Shown here one piece after another: positions 29,665-40,818 of a stretch of 64,000 nucleotides of DNA (its first letter is position 1; each line of letters opens with the position of its first letter). The notes under the pieces were generated by a model. The model saw nothing but the letters and a program-made list of their open reading frames with translations. It was not told the DNA's origin and did not search any database. A program made the position numbers and the translations under genes. Origin of the DNA: a virus (lineage: Duplodnaviria; Caudoviricetes); IMG/VR virus record IMGVR_UViG_2852501635_000002, positions 9,493 through 73,492 of that record; one strand, 5' to 3'.

Positions 29665-29719
29665 CACTTAAGTTAAAATTTATTAAACTAATAACAAATT
29701 AACTAACGAGGATGGTGTT

Positions 29720-30130
29720 GTGAAAAGATTATTAATTACATCTATTTTATCATTATCAGCTTTATCATTAACAGGGTGCGCTAGTGTTTCACCGCCAACA
29801 CAACAGCAAATTGAAAGTGCCAGTTATGGGGCATTGCCTGACGACTATCAAGCTCAAATAAAAAATACAATGAGCGCTATGCTAAAGGATCCGTATTCAG
29901 CTCAATATACATTTCTTCAACCATTTAAAGGATATTCTCAAGATGGCGCTTGGGCACCATCTAAGGGGGGCGTGACTTATGGATGGGTAGCACCAGTTAT
30001 GGTGAACGCAAAAAATAGTTATGGTGGATATACTGGCGCTAAAAGGTATGTGTTTATGTTCTCTAACAGCATACTATATGATGTGACTGGAAATGATGTT
30101 TTTGGCCGAGTTGTGCCAGTAAATCAATAG
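29720..30130 (+). CDS. Lipoprotein moron
   Basis: LTGC lipobox; LKDPYSA and VNAKNSYGGYTG motifs. Confidence 0.8.
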   Translation: MKRLLITSILSLSALSLTGCASVSPPTQQQIESASYGALPDDYQAQIKNTMSAMLKDPYSAQYTFLQPFKGYSQDGAWAPSKGGVTYGWVAPVMVNAKNSYGGYTGAKRYVFMFSNSILYDVTGNDVFGRVVPVNQ

Positions 30131-30156
30131 TAAATCAACATTGAGGTAGCGGTGCC

Positions 30157-30702
30157 ATGGGGAAGATTAAGGTTATTTCTGGAATTTTAGGCGGCGTTGC
30201 GATTATTGCAGCGGTTGCAGCTTTGTCAGTAAATCTTGTTCCTGATGATAAGGCTAATGATAAACATCTAGCTGATTACTGCGCTGAAATGACAAGGTCG
30301 CTAATGAAGTCACCATCATCATATAAATTAGATGAATACTATATACGAGAATTACCACTAACTAGAAATGAGCTTGCAGAGATAGTGCAAATGGCTCCAT
30401 TTAATAATATTGATGATGCAATAGACAATGATAAGCGCGAGAGATCAAAAATTGAGATAATAGAAACATATATGGCTAAAAATGCCATGGGCGTTGAATT
30501 GGTTGGTAATGCAATATGTACTCTAAACAAAACAAACTATGGAAGCGCTGGAAGTAGCTATTCAATAATGAGCTTATCAATAAATGATGAAAATATTGGT
30601 GATATAAATTTAATAACAGCTGAATTAGCGGCTGATAAAAAAACTGGAAGATTGAACAGTAAGTCTGATTACATGAAAAAATTAAATTATATTTTCAATT
30701 GA
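30157..30702 (+). CDS. Membrane-anchored periplasmic protein
   Basis: N-terminal TM; MKSPSS...AKNAMG related to previous ORF. Confidence 0.7.
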   Translation: MGKIKVISGILGGVAIIAAVAALSVNLVPDDKANDKHLADYCAEMTRSLMKSPSSYKLDEYYIRELPLTRNELAEIVQMAPFNNIDDAIDNDKRERSKIEIIETYMAKNAMGVELVGNAICTLNKTNYGSAGSSYSIMSLSINDENIGDINLITAELAADKKTGRLNSKSDYMKKLNYIFN

Positions 30703-30770
30703 TAATATACATTAATTACACATTACAACCCTGCCATTCGGCGGGGTTTTTCATTTTAAGGAGCCGATAA

Positions 30771-33700
30771 ATGGCACAAGTAGGCGAAATTGTTTATCAA
30801 GTTCAAATGGATGTTCGGCAATTGCTTGCATCGCAACAGCAGTTAGAGCAACGCCTTAATCGTATGGATAGTAGCTTTAACCGAACGTCTCAGTCAGTAA
30901 ATAACACAGAGCGTTCAATGCAGTCTCTATCCAAAGTTGCGGCTGCTCTAACTGGTTATTTATCGGTTTCAATGGTTGCTAGTTATTCAGAGGCATGGAC
31001 TGAATTAAACAACAAGCTATCTAACTCAGTTCGCGCAAGTGAGTCACTTATTGATGTCACTCAACGAGTATTTGATATCTCTCAAGCAACGCGATCTAGC
31101 CTCGATGCCACAGCAACACTCTATGCGCGACTTGAACGAGGAACGAGAGAATACAACACATCAGCGGAAGACTTAGCAAAATTAACATCCATCATCAACC
31201 AAGGTTTTATCGTTTCTGGTGCTACTGCACAGGAAGCAGAAAACGCAATTATTCAGTTATCACAGGGTATCGCTTCTGGTGTTCTCCGTGGTGAAGAATT
31301 TAATTCAGTAGCAGAACAGGGTAGTCGCTTAATGGTTGCATTGGCTGATTCACTAGGAGTAAGTATAGGTCAGCTTCGTAAAATGGCAGCAGAAGGCAAG
31401 TTGACCACTGATGTTGTTGTAAAAGGGTTATTGTCTCAGGGGGATGCTATTGGTAAAGAGTTCGCTAAAACCACTCGAACAATGTCGCAGGCATTTCAAG
31501 AAGCAGGGAATAACTTAACTAAGTTCCTTGGTGAGAATACAACAATAAAGGCATCTATTAACGTATTCAGCGATGCTGTAATTACTGCAAGTAAGAGTCT
31601 CGATGAAATGGTTTTAGCGGTTAGTCTAGTTGCCTCCGTTGTTGGCGGTAGATACATTGCCGCAATGGGGTTGGCTATCAAAGCTAAAATGCAATCAGCA
31701 GTTGCAGCAAGGCAAGAAGCGATAGCAAACCTTCAAGCTGCTAGAGTAGCTGAACACAATGCAATAATGACGGCAAGAAAGACCGCTTTAGATTTAGCAG
31801 CAGCCAGAGCGTTAGTTGAGAAAGCGAAAACTGAATTTGCGGCCGCAAGAGGAACAAACGCAGAAGCAACCGCGCTGGCAAATTTAATTGCCGTTAGATC
31901 TGCCGCAACAACCGCGGCGATAAATCATAAGCAAGCAACGCAAGCGCAGACAGCAGCAATGGCTAACTCAGCCGCAGCAGCAAGAGCCGCTTCTGTATCT
32001 ATCGGTTTAGCTAATAAAGCTCTAGGTTTTGTTGGTGGCCCAGCAGGTATAGCAATGGCCGCGGGTGCTGCGATCATGTATTTCTACCAGCAGGCAAAAG
32101 AAGCAAGAGAAGAAGCAGTAAAACTTGCAGAGGGAGTAAATCAATTAACTGCTGAAATGAAAAACATGACAAGGGAACAAAAGAGGGCTGAATCTGCCAA
32201 GTTAAAAGAAGCGCTCCCTGAGTTAAAAAATGAAGTTCTAAACACCACTGTCGCTATGAAGCAAGCTGCGGAAAAAGTAAGAGAATTAGAGGCTGATTTG
32301 GCTTTAGCTAAAGTTGGAACAAGTAAATATGAATCCATAACAAAACAGCTAGCCGATGCTCAAGATAAGTTAGCAATTGCAACTGACAACGCAACAAAGG
32401 CGTCAAATAACTACAGTCGCACAAAAAATACCATATCTTTTATTCAAGCTGATCTTAATGGTGAGTTAAAAGAGGGAATTGATTTACTAAAAAGGGAAAT
32501 ATCTGTTCTACCAAGTGGCGCAAAGGGATGGGATTCTTATGGTTTTTCTATTGATAGGGCGCTGCAAAAAAAGAAAGAGTTTAATGGTGAAAAAATATCT
32601 TTCGAATGGTCTAAGGAGGGGATGGATTTAAGAAAATCACTAGAGCGTGAAATGAAGCTAGCTAACGCCAAAAGTGAAGTTGATAAGAGATTATTGCAAG
32701 TTGATTTTTACATTGAAGATAAAGGGATAACAGACGAAAGGGAAATATATCAACTAAAGCAAATAGCAATAGCAACTCAAAAAGCTCAAGATGCAGCCGC
32801 TGAGCGTAACAAAACAACCAAGGAATCAACCAAAGCCACAGATGCTGCTTATGAAGCACTAAAGCGCCAGAGAGAAGAAATTGAGCTTTTAAACAAAGGT
32901 TACAAAGACGGATCTCTTGAAATGGCTAAGTATGATGCAGTTAAGGCGTTGGGTGATACGGCATCCCCTAAGCAGATTGAAAAAGCGGAGCAGCTCGCAG
33001 AAGAAAAATACAACATTGAACGTAATCTAGCAGATAAGAAAGCCGCGCTTGAGCTTGATTTGGTTGCTAAAGCTAAGGAATCTCACGATAAGCAGTTGGC
33101 AGACTTAGAGCGGATAACAAAAGATGATGTATCTCTAACTGAACAGGCAGCAAGGCGTAAAGCTGAAATTGAGGCGGAATATCAGCAAAAGATAGCTGAA
33201 ATAAAGGCTAATAACGCTGTATCACCGCAAGATGACATCAAAGGGAAAGTAGATCCTGTTCAGCAACTCAAAAACGAACACGAGCGTAAACTTGCACTTA
33301 TTCGTGAGTTTGAAACAGAAAAAGGCGCTATTACTCAGCGTGGCTTAGAGTTAATGAATGCTGCTAATACTCAATATGAGCAAGCTAGAACTGATGCTAT
33401 GTATGAGCTTTGGAGAAATCAATCATTAGGAAACGAAGCTGCCGCGGCTGCACTAGATGCATTCTCTGGTAGCGCATCAAATGCACTTACAGGAATAATC
33501 ACTGGATCAATGGAGGCTTCTGACGCATTAAGATCAATTGGTAATACAGTTTTGAATAGCCTAATTAACACCTTTGTTCAGGCTGGAATTGAGCAAGCTA
33601 AAGCTGCTTGGTTTGGCGCAGCAGCACAGCAAAGCGCCATTGCAGCAACAACGGCGGTGCAAACGGCTGCTATCGGAACGCAAACGGCAGTGAGCACGGC

Positions 33701-34163
33701 AGCAGCTGCCACAACAACAGCCGCTTGGACACCTGCGGCAATTATGGCATCAATCGCGTCAATGGGGACAGCGGCGAAAATAGGTTTAGCCGCAATCGCT
33801 GTACTTGGCGTTGGTGCAATTGCTGGTGCTCGTAAAAATGGCGGCCCTGTTGACGCTGGTTCAATGTATCGAGTTGGTGAGGGCGGTAAACCTGAGATAT
33901 TTAAGGCTAACAACGGCCGACAATACATGATACCCGGTGACAATGGAAAGGTTATTTCTAATAAAGATATGCAGGGTGGTGGTATGAATGTGAATGTTGT
34001 CTTTAATGACTATTCATCTGGTGGCCACAAGTTTGATGCACAGGCATCACAAGATGGAAATACGCTAACTATTCAGGCGTTCATTATGGATATGGATAAC
34101 AAAGGCCCTATGCTTCAATCCATCACAAGAAACACATCGGCAACAGCGAGAGCAAGAGGTTGA
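30771..34163 (+). CDS. Tail tape measure protein
   Basis: 1130 aa, QLSQGIASGVLRGEEFNSV, GGPV...VGEGGKPE C-terminus. Confidence 0.93.
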   Translation: MAQVGEIVYQVQMDVRQLLASQQQLEQRLNRMDSSFNRTSQSVNNTERSMQSLSKVAAALTGYLSVSMVASYSEAWTELNNKLSNSVRASESLIDVTQRVFDISQATRSSLDATATLYARLERGTREYNTSAEDLAKLTSIINQGFIVSGATAQEAENAIIQLSQGIASGVLRGEEFNSVAEQGSRLMVALADSLGVSIGQLRKMAAEGKLTTDVVVKGLLSQGDAIGKEFAKTTRTMSQAFQEAGNNLTKFLGENTTIKASINVFSDAVITASKSLDEMVLAVSLVASVVGGRYIAAMGLAIKAKMQSAVAARQEAIANLQAARVAEHNAIMTARKTALDLAAARALVEKAKTEFAAARGTNAEATALANLIAVRSAATTAAINHKQATQAQTAAMANSAAAARAASVSIGLANKALGFVGGPAGIAMAAGAAIMYFYQQAKEAREEAVKLAEGVNQLTAEMKNMTREQKRAESAKLKEALPELKNEVLNTTVAMKQAAEKVRELEADLALAKVGTSKYESITKQLADAQDKLAIATDNATKASNNYSRTKNTISFIQADLNGELKEGIDLLKREISVLPSGAKGWDSYGFSIDRALQKKKEFNGEKISFEWSKEGMDLRKSLEREMKLANAKSEVDKRLLQVDFYIEDKGITDEREIYQLKQIAIATQKAQDAAAERNKTTKESTKATDAAYEALKRQREEIELLNKGYKDGSLEMAKYDAVKALGDTASPKQIEKAEQLAEEKYNIERNLADKKAALELDLVAKAKESHDKQLADLERITKDDVSLTEQAARRKAEIEAEYQQKIAEIKANNAVSPQDDIKGKVDPVQQLKNEHERKLALIREFETEKGAITQRGLELMNAANTQYEQARTDAMYELWRNQSLGNEAAAAALDAFSGSASNALTGIITGSMEASDALRSIGNTVLNSLINTFVQAGIEQAKAAWFGAAAQQSAIAATTAVQTAAIGTQTAVSTAAAATTTAAWTPAAIMASIASMGTAAKIGLAAIAVLGVGAIAGARKNGGPVDAGSMYRVGEGGKPEIFKANNGRQYMIPGDNGKVISNKDMQGGGMNVNVVFNDYSSGGHKFDAQASQDGNTLTIQAFIMDMDNKGPMLQSITRNTSATARARG

Positions 34164-34166
34164 TAT

Positions 34167-34643
34167 ATGGTTATTGATTACCCTGATTGGCTTCCTCTGG
34201 CACAGAAAGCCGATAAAAGCATGACGCTAGATACTGGCTTCTTGACAGATCAACCACAGGTAGGCGCACCGATATTTCAGAAGCTAACTGATGACTTAAA
34301 AACTGTATGGAGTGTGAATTGGATATTTACACTTCAACAGGAGCGTGCGTTTGCCCAATGGTTGCGAAGTCCTAACTATCTTGATAATTGCAATCGCTGG
34401 TTCAAGATGAAAATTAATCTTGGTGGTAGTGGACTGCAGGAGCAGGAATTACATTTTGTTTCCTATCCAGTGCAAACCAGTATTAATGGATCTTCTGTAA
34501 CATGGACTGGTCAAGTCATTAGTAAGAAACTTTATAATTCAGATGATGAATTCGACGATATTATCGTTGAGTTTCCGCCATCATTTGGAAGTTGGCTTGA
34601 TATTATCGTTACTGAGACTCTACCTAAGTATAAGGAGTTGTAA
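34167..34643 (+). CDS. Distal tail protein
   Basis: Position after TMP. Confidence 0.7.
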   Translation: MVIDYPDWLPLAQKADKSMTLDTGFLTDQPQVGAPIFQKLTDDLKTVWSVNWIFTLQQERAFAQWLRSPNYLDNCNRWFKMKINLGGSGLQEQELHFVSYPVQTSINGSSVTWTGQVISKKLYNSDDEFDDIIVEFPPSFGSWLDIIVTETLPKYKEL

Positions 34644-35113
34644 TGCCTACACTAAGAGAGTATCGGGCACAAAGGCCAAACAGAATACTTTATGAGACAC
34701 TGCAATTTAGTCATCCGTCATTTGGTGATATCTATCTTGTTTCTTATCAAATATTCCCAAAGGTTCTAGGTGGGGTTGAATATCAGCCGTGTAATTTCGA
34801 ACTATCTGACAGCCAGCAAAGCAGAACTCCCATCATCGACGCTAGTGTTAAATTCAGCCGTGTCGCACAAGACTTTAAACAGAAACTTAAACTATGGAAA
34901 TCGTTCAATAGAATGACACCCATAGAGGCCACTTATCGCTTATTTGATGAGAAAGACAAAGGTACGGCCATTACTCGATGGAAATTATTTGTGAAAGATG
35001 TGTCGATGGATCATGAAAGTGTCACTGTCACGCTATCTATGAGTAACCCATTGAATAAAAATATCGGACGCATTTATGAGCCACAAGAATGGCCTGGCTT
35101 GGAGGCTGTATGA
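34643..35113 (+). CDS. Minor tail protein (DUF1833-like)
   Basis: ETLQFSHPSF...Y.PQEWPGL. Confidence 0.72.
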   Translation: MPTLREYRAQRPNRILYETLQFSHPSFGDIYLVSYQIFPKVLGGVEYQPCNFELSDSQQSRTPIIDASVKFSRVAQDFKQKLKLWKSFNRMTPIEATYRLFDEKDKGTAITRWKLFVKDVSMDHESVTVTLSMSNPLNKNIGRIYEPQEWPGLEAV

Positions 35114-35502
35114 CAACTCAGGATTTCATCGATAAAACTATCGGTAAACCATGGAAAAACAGGTCTTGTACATTTGATGCTATGGATTGTTGGGGTCTCG
35201 TCGTTCTCTATTATCGTCACGCTCTAGGCATTGAGATCCACCATGACGCAGGCTATGAGTCGGAAACTGATTTTGTGACTTGCTATAAAAATGAAGTTGA
35301 GTTTTGGGAGAAAGTAAATCAACCAGAAAATAACGGAATATTTATAGGTTATATAGGCTCAAAACCCGCTCACATTGGCTTGATTATCGATGGTAACGCA
35401 TTACATAGTCGAGGTGAAAACGGCTCTGTGAGAATGGATAGGTTGATTGTGCTCGAGAGAAAATTCACTAAGTTGGAGTTTATGAAATATGCCAATAATT
35501 GA
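35110..35502 (+). CDS. NlpC/P60 tail assembly protein
   Basis: IGKPW, DCWGLV, HIGL, ALHS. Confidence 0.88.
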   Translation: MTTQDFIDKTIGKPWKNRSCTFDAMDCWGLVVLYYRHALGIEIHHDAGYESETDFVTCYKNEVEFWEKVNQPENNGIFIGYIGSKPAHIGLIIDGNALHSRGENGSVRMDRLIVLERKFTKLEFMKYANN

Positions 35503-37957
35503 AATTCAGCGTGTCGCTGGAATACCGAAAGAGAGAGTCGAGATAAAAGCCGGCTCTCTTTTTTTTGATTGGTTAAAAGAGCAAAATTTTCATCATGACG
35601 TTGATATCTATGTTAACGGCGTAAAGCTTAACGACGATGATCACCTTGACTTTATTATTAGTGAATTTCATCACATTCAAATATTTGACCAACCGAAAGG
35701 GATTATTGGCGATATTCTTAATCCAGTATTTAAGTTTGTTTCCAAGATATTTTCATTCTTAGCTCCCAAGGCACCATCATTTAGCGCCGCTGATGTGAAT
35801 GCAAAGGAAAGCCCTAATAATCGATTAACAGGTCAAACTAATATAGCGAGAACATATCAAGCCAGACCTGAAATTCACGGACAAGTGAGAGCCTTCCCAG
35901 ATCTCATTCAGCAATCAATGTTTGAATACATAGACAATAAAAAGATGGTTACTGAATGGATGAACTTTGGCATCGGTTACTACACGATTGAGAATGTGAA
36001 ATATTCAGAGTCTGAGCTGATCGCCCTTGATGGTGCCAGTTATCAGATATTCCAACCAGGTGAAGTGATCCCACAGATATTCGAGGGGTTTGAGTTCCCT
36101 GATGTTGACGGACAAGAAATACCGGGCCCGAATGAAAGTGACGAAATTCCACAATATAAGGCTACTGCTAACAATGTTATTTCTGGTGAAATTAAAGGTG
36201 GTGAGGCGGCCATAAAGATAGAGAAACAAGATGAGTTTCGATATTTTATGGATATCGTAAAGCCTAGATCAGTAAGCCTTGTTGTTAATGTGACTTATGA
36301 TACTCCGCAGGGTTCGGTTACAAAGGATATTAAGGTTGATGCTTATCTATCTGATGCGAAAGAAAGTGATGATGGCGCTATTATTTCACCAAAATATTAC
36401 TATGAATTCTTTTTCACTAATTTAACTGGTGGTGATTTGGCAACTCTACCGCCTAATGCAATAGTCAACACATCAAAGTTTATTCTCTATGACAACCAAT
36501 TCCTGACAGTAGGGCCTTTCTTCTCTCCACTTGATGGTGGTGAGTTATGGGTGCATTTAAATGCCCAACTTGGTGATGGCGATTATGCTAATGCAAGAAT
36601 TGAATTCTGGAAAGTTGATGAGAATAACAATGAAGTAGCTGGAACAAGAGAGTCATTCAATAGAGGGTTTCCATCTGCACCAAAAACAAAAACATACTAT
36701 CTGACGGAAAAATTCAAGCCGTTAGCTGGATATGGAAGATATGCGCTTCAACTAACTAGATTAGAAAACAGTAATGAACACAGCATTCTTAAGCTAGAGG
36801 AAGTCTTTATTGTTAGAGAGAGAATTAACGAAGTACATGAAGAAGATACACTTGTTAAGGTAGCAGTGAGGGCAACAGAGGCACCAACGGGAACAAGAGA
36901 GCGTAAATACAACGCACTGGCTACACGTCATGTTATTAGTTACGACATGAATAGCCGTAGCGTTGATTATACATTAAGACCATCACGATCATTTGCTGAT
37001 GCGGTCGCTCACACTTGGCTAGTTACCGCAGGGCAGCCAGAAAGCACCATAGATTTATATGGTTTGTATTCAATCTATGAATCACTTCCAGATAAGCGCT
37101 TAGGATATTTTGATTACACGTTTGATGATGAAGATGTATCACTGGGTCAGCGTATAGAAACAATATGCAACGTTGCTCGTGTTATTTCATTTTGGGATAA
37201 CGGCGTGCTTACATTTACTCGTGAGGAGGAAAAGAAATATCCATCTGGTACATTTAACAGGGCTAACACGACAGGAAATGGATTCTCGCTGTCTTATGAT
37301 ATGACAATGCCGAGTGGTAATGATGGTGTTGAAATTGAATATGTAAACCCTAAAACCAACAAAAAGACCTACCTTAAATATCGTATTGAAGATAACAAAA
37401 TAGTTAACAAGCCAGCTAAGAACCCTAACAAAATAACCATTCACGGTTGTCGTAATGAGTATCAGGCGACAGATAGGGCGCTATTAGAAATGGATAGGTT
37501 AATACATCAGCGCATGAGTATCAGTGTGCAAACTCTCGCAGATGGTGATTATGTTTATCCTGGTGACTTAATTATTGTTGCTGACACATACGATAAGAAT
37601 CAACAGGCAGGTTATATAGTTGAGAGGATCGGAAATCAATTTTCAACAAATGAAAAAGTTTTCTTTGATGGTGAGATGTTTGTTTGTATTACTGATCATT
37701 TAGGTAATACGACGGAAAGGTTTAAGGCTACACCAAGAATCGATACCGCTTACGGATTTATCGCTGATATACCTGACATCCAGATAAACATCTATGACGG
37801 TATGAATATTCAATCCCCGTCACGTTACGTTATATCCAATATCGTTGAAATGGACTCAATGAGATGGATTGTAAGCGACAAAAAGCCTAATTCGGACGGA
37901 ACTTATAGCATTACAGCAAGTGAGTATTTTTCTGCAAAGAAAGATTACAACGTTTAA
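35489..37957 (+). CDS. Tail tip/host-specificity protein (J-like)
   Basis: SPNNRL.GQTN.AR, RPEIHGQVRAFPDL; position. Confidence 0.82.
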   Translation: MPIIEIQRVAGIPKERVEIKAGSLFFDWLKEQNFHHDVDIYVNGVKLNDDDHLDFIISEFHHIQIFDQPKGIIGDILNPVFKFVSKIFSFLAPKAPSFSAADVNAKESPNNRLTGQTNIARTYQARPEIHGQVRAFPDLIQQSMFEYIDNKKMVTEWMNFGIGYYTIENVKYSESELIALDGASYQIFQPGEVIPQIFEGFEFPDVDGQEIPGPNESDEIPQYKATANNVISGEIKGGEAAIKIEKQDEFRYFMDIVKPRSVSLVVNVTYDTPQGSVTKDIKVDAYLSDAKESDDGAIISPKYYYEFFFTNLTGGDLATLPPNAIVNTSKFILYDNQFLTVGPFFSPLDGGELWVHLNAQLGDGDYANARIEFWKVDENNNEVAGTRESFNRGFPSAPKTKTYYLTEKFKPLAGYGRYALQLTRLENSNEHSILKLEEVFIVRERINEVHEEDTLVKVAVRATEAPTGTRERKYNALATRHVISYDMNSRSVDYTLRPSRSFADAVAHTWLVTAGQPESTIDLYGLYSIYESLPDKRLGYFDYTFDDEDVSLGQRIETICNVARVISFWDNGVLTFTREEEKKYPSGTFNRANTTGNGFSLSYDMTMPSGNDGVEIEYVNPKTNKKTYLKYRIEDNKIVNKPAKNPNKITIHGCRNEYQATDRALLEMDRLIHQRMSISVQTLADGDYVYPGDLIIVADTYDKNQQAGYIVERIGNQFSTNEKVFFDGEMFVCITDHLGNTTERFKATPRIDTAYGFIADIPDIQINIYDGMNIQSPSRYVISNIVEMDSMRWIVSDKKPNSDGTYSITASEYFSAKKDYNV

Positions 37958-38015
37958 TTAAATTCATTTCAACCATAGCCAGCCTAAGTGCTGGCTTTTT
38001 TTATTGGGAAATATT

Positions 38016-40304
38016 ATGTCTACAATTCCAACACAAAATCCAGTTCCAAGTGAAGCACCGCGCGACCTGAAATTTAACTCAGGTAAAATTGACGAGTTTG
38101 TTACGTCAAATAATCACTTTTACACTGACCGTTTTGGTGAAAAGCACTATACAATAGATGGTATTAACTATTTATCAAAACAGGCAATACTTAATTATGG
38201 CTATATCACGAAGAGGTCTTTTGAGTCGGGTAATACCATCATCAATCCTAACGATGTTCTTCTCTGGGAAAGTAATGGCGAGTACTACAGATGGGATGGT
38301 GAACTCCCCAAAGTAGTTAGCGCTACCTCAACCCCTGATTCAGCTGGAGGTGTTGGTAAAGGAAAATGGGTGGGAGTAGGGGATGCTACTCTAAGATCTT
38401 CACTGAAAGATAGTGAAGGTGCTTCCTTAGTTGGAGTTAAAGATGGTGGAACCATTCAGGGTAAACTGGACGAAATAGTAGATGAATTAAATAACCCGTC
38501 TTTTATAAAGCACACCTTTATGGAAGGAATAAAAAATATATCTGCAAGAATGGCCTCTGGAGAGGTAATCAAGATTGCATGCTTCGGTGATTCAACCACA
38601 GATGGAGACACCACAACGGAATTTATTAAAAACCCAACGGATGCGTCTGGCAACGCTATTGGTAACACAGATCACAATATGACCGCACCTAATGCATGGC
38701 CTAATATTCTTCAGGGGATACTTAGGGAAGCGTATGGGAATAATAATATTCATGTTTTTAATGCTGGCTATTCAGGCAAAAAAATTCACGATGGGTGGGC
38801 TGTTCGTAACTATGATAAGGCCATTACAAATAACCCTTATTATGGGAAGCCAGATATTACAATAATTGATTTTGGTTTAAATGACATTAAAGATGGGGTT
38901 GGTATACTTAATGATTACTTGGATCAAACTCAAATATTAATAGATAAAATAAAAGAGCAGGGAACTATACCAATTCTATTGACATCTGGCCCTTGCATTT
39001 GGAGTAATGATGATGGTAGTCAGATTGACAACAAACAAATATCACAACAAATTAATGAAGCGAAAAAATCAATAGCGAAGAAAAATCTTATTGAGATAAT
39101 CAATAAAGCTGATGCATTAAAAGAGGTTATTGAAAATAACTCAGATAACATTAAATGGATTGAAATAATGAAAGATGGACTTCATTTTTCAGACACTGGA
39201 CACCGAATTCAAGCGGGATTTTTATTTTCTATATTTTATGGTGATATTGTAAAATATAATAGAGGCAGGTTAGACATATCATCATTTGACTCAAGGTCTA
39301 ATTCTCCGTGTGGAGTAAATTGGAAATATTCATTTATCGGTTCTAAGTTTGGTGGTTATTCAAGAGTTCCTGAAAGCTATCTTGAAAATGGTAATGATTT
39401 AATAAAATTATTTGTATATTGCACATCTCCTTCAGCAAGCCTGTACTATATTAATGCAGATAATGACGGACAGGGGGTTATAGGGAATAACTCTACAATC
39501 AATGTACTTGCGTTTAATAAAAATAGCATTGAATACAACAAATCACCAAATGGCGTTGGGTTTAATTATGACGCAAACCCTCATAGAAGATTTGCTGATA
39601 AACCAGATTATGTATGTAAATTAAATTATGGGTTAAACGTAGTTACCTTAAAAAAACCATCTGTAAATACTATTACAGACCCATTTGGTTGTTTTTATGG
39701 TTATTTTTCTATTTCTGATTCATATGATGCAAATAACACAAATAATTTATTGAAAAGCAATGGATGTATATTTTCATCAGAGAAAATTTCTTCAGATAGA
39801 ATTAAAATAGAACAACCAGCAAGAGATATTGGTGCAAATTCGATATCTTTCATTAAGGATAAAACTGTTTCTTTGTATTTAGACTTAACTATAAGCAAAG
39901 GGTTTGGGTTAGGTTTAATGGGTGGTGTTTCAGATCTATCAAATTCAACTGATAACTATTCTGTTGATAAATGTTTAATGTTGTATCAAATAGATGAATC
40001 TAGAAAAGGGCTTTATGTTTACAGGGTCAGCAATAAAGGAGTGGTAGCGTTCGATAAATTGGTGGAGTTTTCAGCCAGTGAAGATAAATTACTAATTGAT
40101 TTTTCTTTGAAAGAAAACAATATATACATAAGCGTTTCAACATGGGATAAAAAAACAAATCACACCACTTTTACAATAAGTAGCGGTGATGTGTTAACAA
40201 TACCAACTTCTGGATATTTTGGAGGACTGTATCTAAACGGAAGCGCTCAGGGTGATAGTGGGAGTATATTAATAAATAAAGCGTTTACTGTAGTTAGTAA
40301 CTAA
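38016..40304 (+). CDS. Tailspike with SGNH/GDSL esterase domain
   Basis: Virion-binding N-terminus (DLKFNSGKIDE, YYRWDGELPK); FGDSTT, NAGYSG, FGLND, DGLH blocks. Confidence 0.85.
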   Translation: MSTIPTQNPVPSEAPRDLKFNSGKIDEFVTSNNHFYTDRFGEKHYTIDGINYLSKQAILNYGYITKRSFESGNTIINPNDVLLWESNGEYYRWDGELPKVVSATSTPDSAGGVGKGKWVGVGDATLRSSLKDSEGASLVGVKDGGTIQGKLDEIVDELNNPSFIKHTFMEGIKNISARMASGEVIKIACFGDSTTDGDTTTEFIKNPTDASGNAIGNTDHNMTAPNAWPNILQGILREAYGNNNIHVFNAGYSGKKIHDGWAVRNYDKAITNNPYYGKPDITIIDFGLNDIKDGVGILNDYLDQTQILIDKIKEQGTIPILLTSGPCIWSNDDGSQIDNKQISQQINEAKKSIAKKNLIEIINKADALKEVIENNSDNIKWIEIMKDGLHFSDTGHRIQAGFLFSIFYGDIVKYNRGRLDISSFDSRSNSPCGVNWKYSFIGSKFGGYSRVPESYLENGNDLIKLFVYCTSPSASLYYINADNDGQGVIGNNSTINVLAFNKNSIEYNKSPNGVGFNYDANPHRRFADKPDYVCKLNYGLNVVTLKKPSVNTITDPFGCFYGYFSISDSYDANNTNNLLKSNGCIFSSEKISSDRIKIEQPARDIGANSISFIKDKTVSLYLDLTISKGFGLGLMGGVSDLSNSTDNYSVDKCLMLYQIDESRKGLYVYRVSNKGVVAFDKLVEFSASEDKLLIDFSLKENNIYISVSTWDKKTNHTTFTISSGDVLTIPTSGYFGGLYLNGSAQGDSGSILINKAFTVVSN

Positions 40305-40368
40305 ATGCAACAGACACATATACTCGCTAGGATTCATCAAAAAATAATGAAATGTGGGTGATAGCTAA

Positions 40369-40599
40369 TCACTCACTCTTCAAATACTGCACTGATTTTC
40401 CATCCGGCAACTTCTTACTTCTCTCACGATAAAACGTTAATCGTTCATTAAAGTACGCTCGTAAATGTGCTGGTTGTTGTCTTTCAACTTCTGAGGCAAC
40501 AACTGGCATATTGAGGCGTTCTTTATATGCGACACCACTTGCGGCCAAATCGACATTAATCTTGTCTTTTTCTTCTTGAGTTAGGTTTGCGAGGTTCAT
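40369..40599 (-). CDS. holE: DNA polymerase III theta subunit homolog
   Basis: [32 protein letters not shown]. Confidence 0.9.
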   Translation of the reverse strand: MNLANLTQEEKDKINVDLAASGVAYKERLNMPVVASEVERQQPAHLRAYFNERLTFYRERSKKLPDGKSVQYLKSE

Positions 40600-40773
40600 A
40601 ACAGATCCAGTTAGTTTTTGGAGAGTATAGCAGGGTGGGAGAATTGATGGGACGAATTTGGGACAAGCAACATGAAGTAGCATAAGGCAACTTCAAGTAA
40701 CTTTAGGTAAGGTGGGACGTGTGAACGCTTGGTGAGACTGTATTTAGTTGATATTAAAGCATAATTCTACGCT

Positions 40774-40818
40774 CTTCTAAGCCGTAGGTCACAGGTTCGA
40801 ATCCTGTAGGGCGTACCA
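40774..40818 (+). repeat. 3' half of tRNA-Arg(UCU): prophage attR and probable satellite attL
   Basis: CTTCTAAGCCGTAGGTCACAGGTTCGAATCCTGTAGGGCGTACCA; anticodon loop, T arm and CCA present, 5' half absent. Confidence 0.88.

Larger units (their letters stand above)
1..40818. mobile_element. Lambdoid siphovirus prophage, right portion (left end and integrase outside window)
   Basis: Canonical order cI-cro-cII-O-P-nin-Q-lysis-terminase-head-tail, ending at a tRNA 3'-half repeat. Confidence 0.95.

Noticed and set aside
40742-40818. Intact tRNA-Arg gene
   Set aside because: Only the anticodon loop to CCA is present; upstream sequence cannot form the acceptor and D arms, so it is an att repeat
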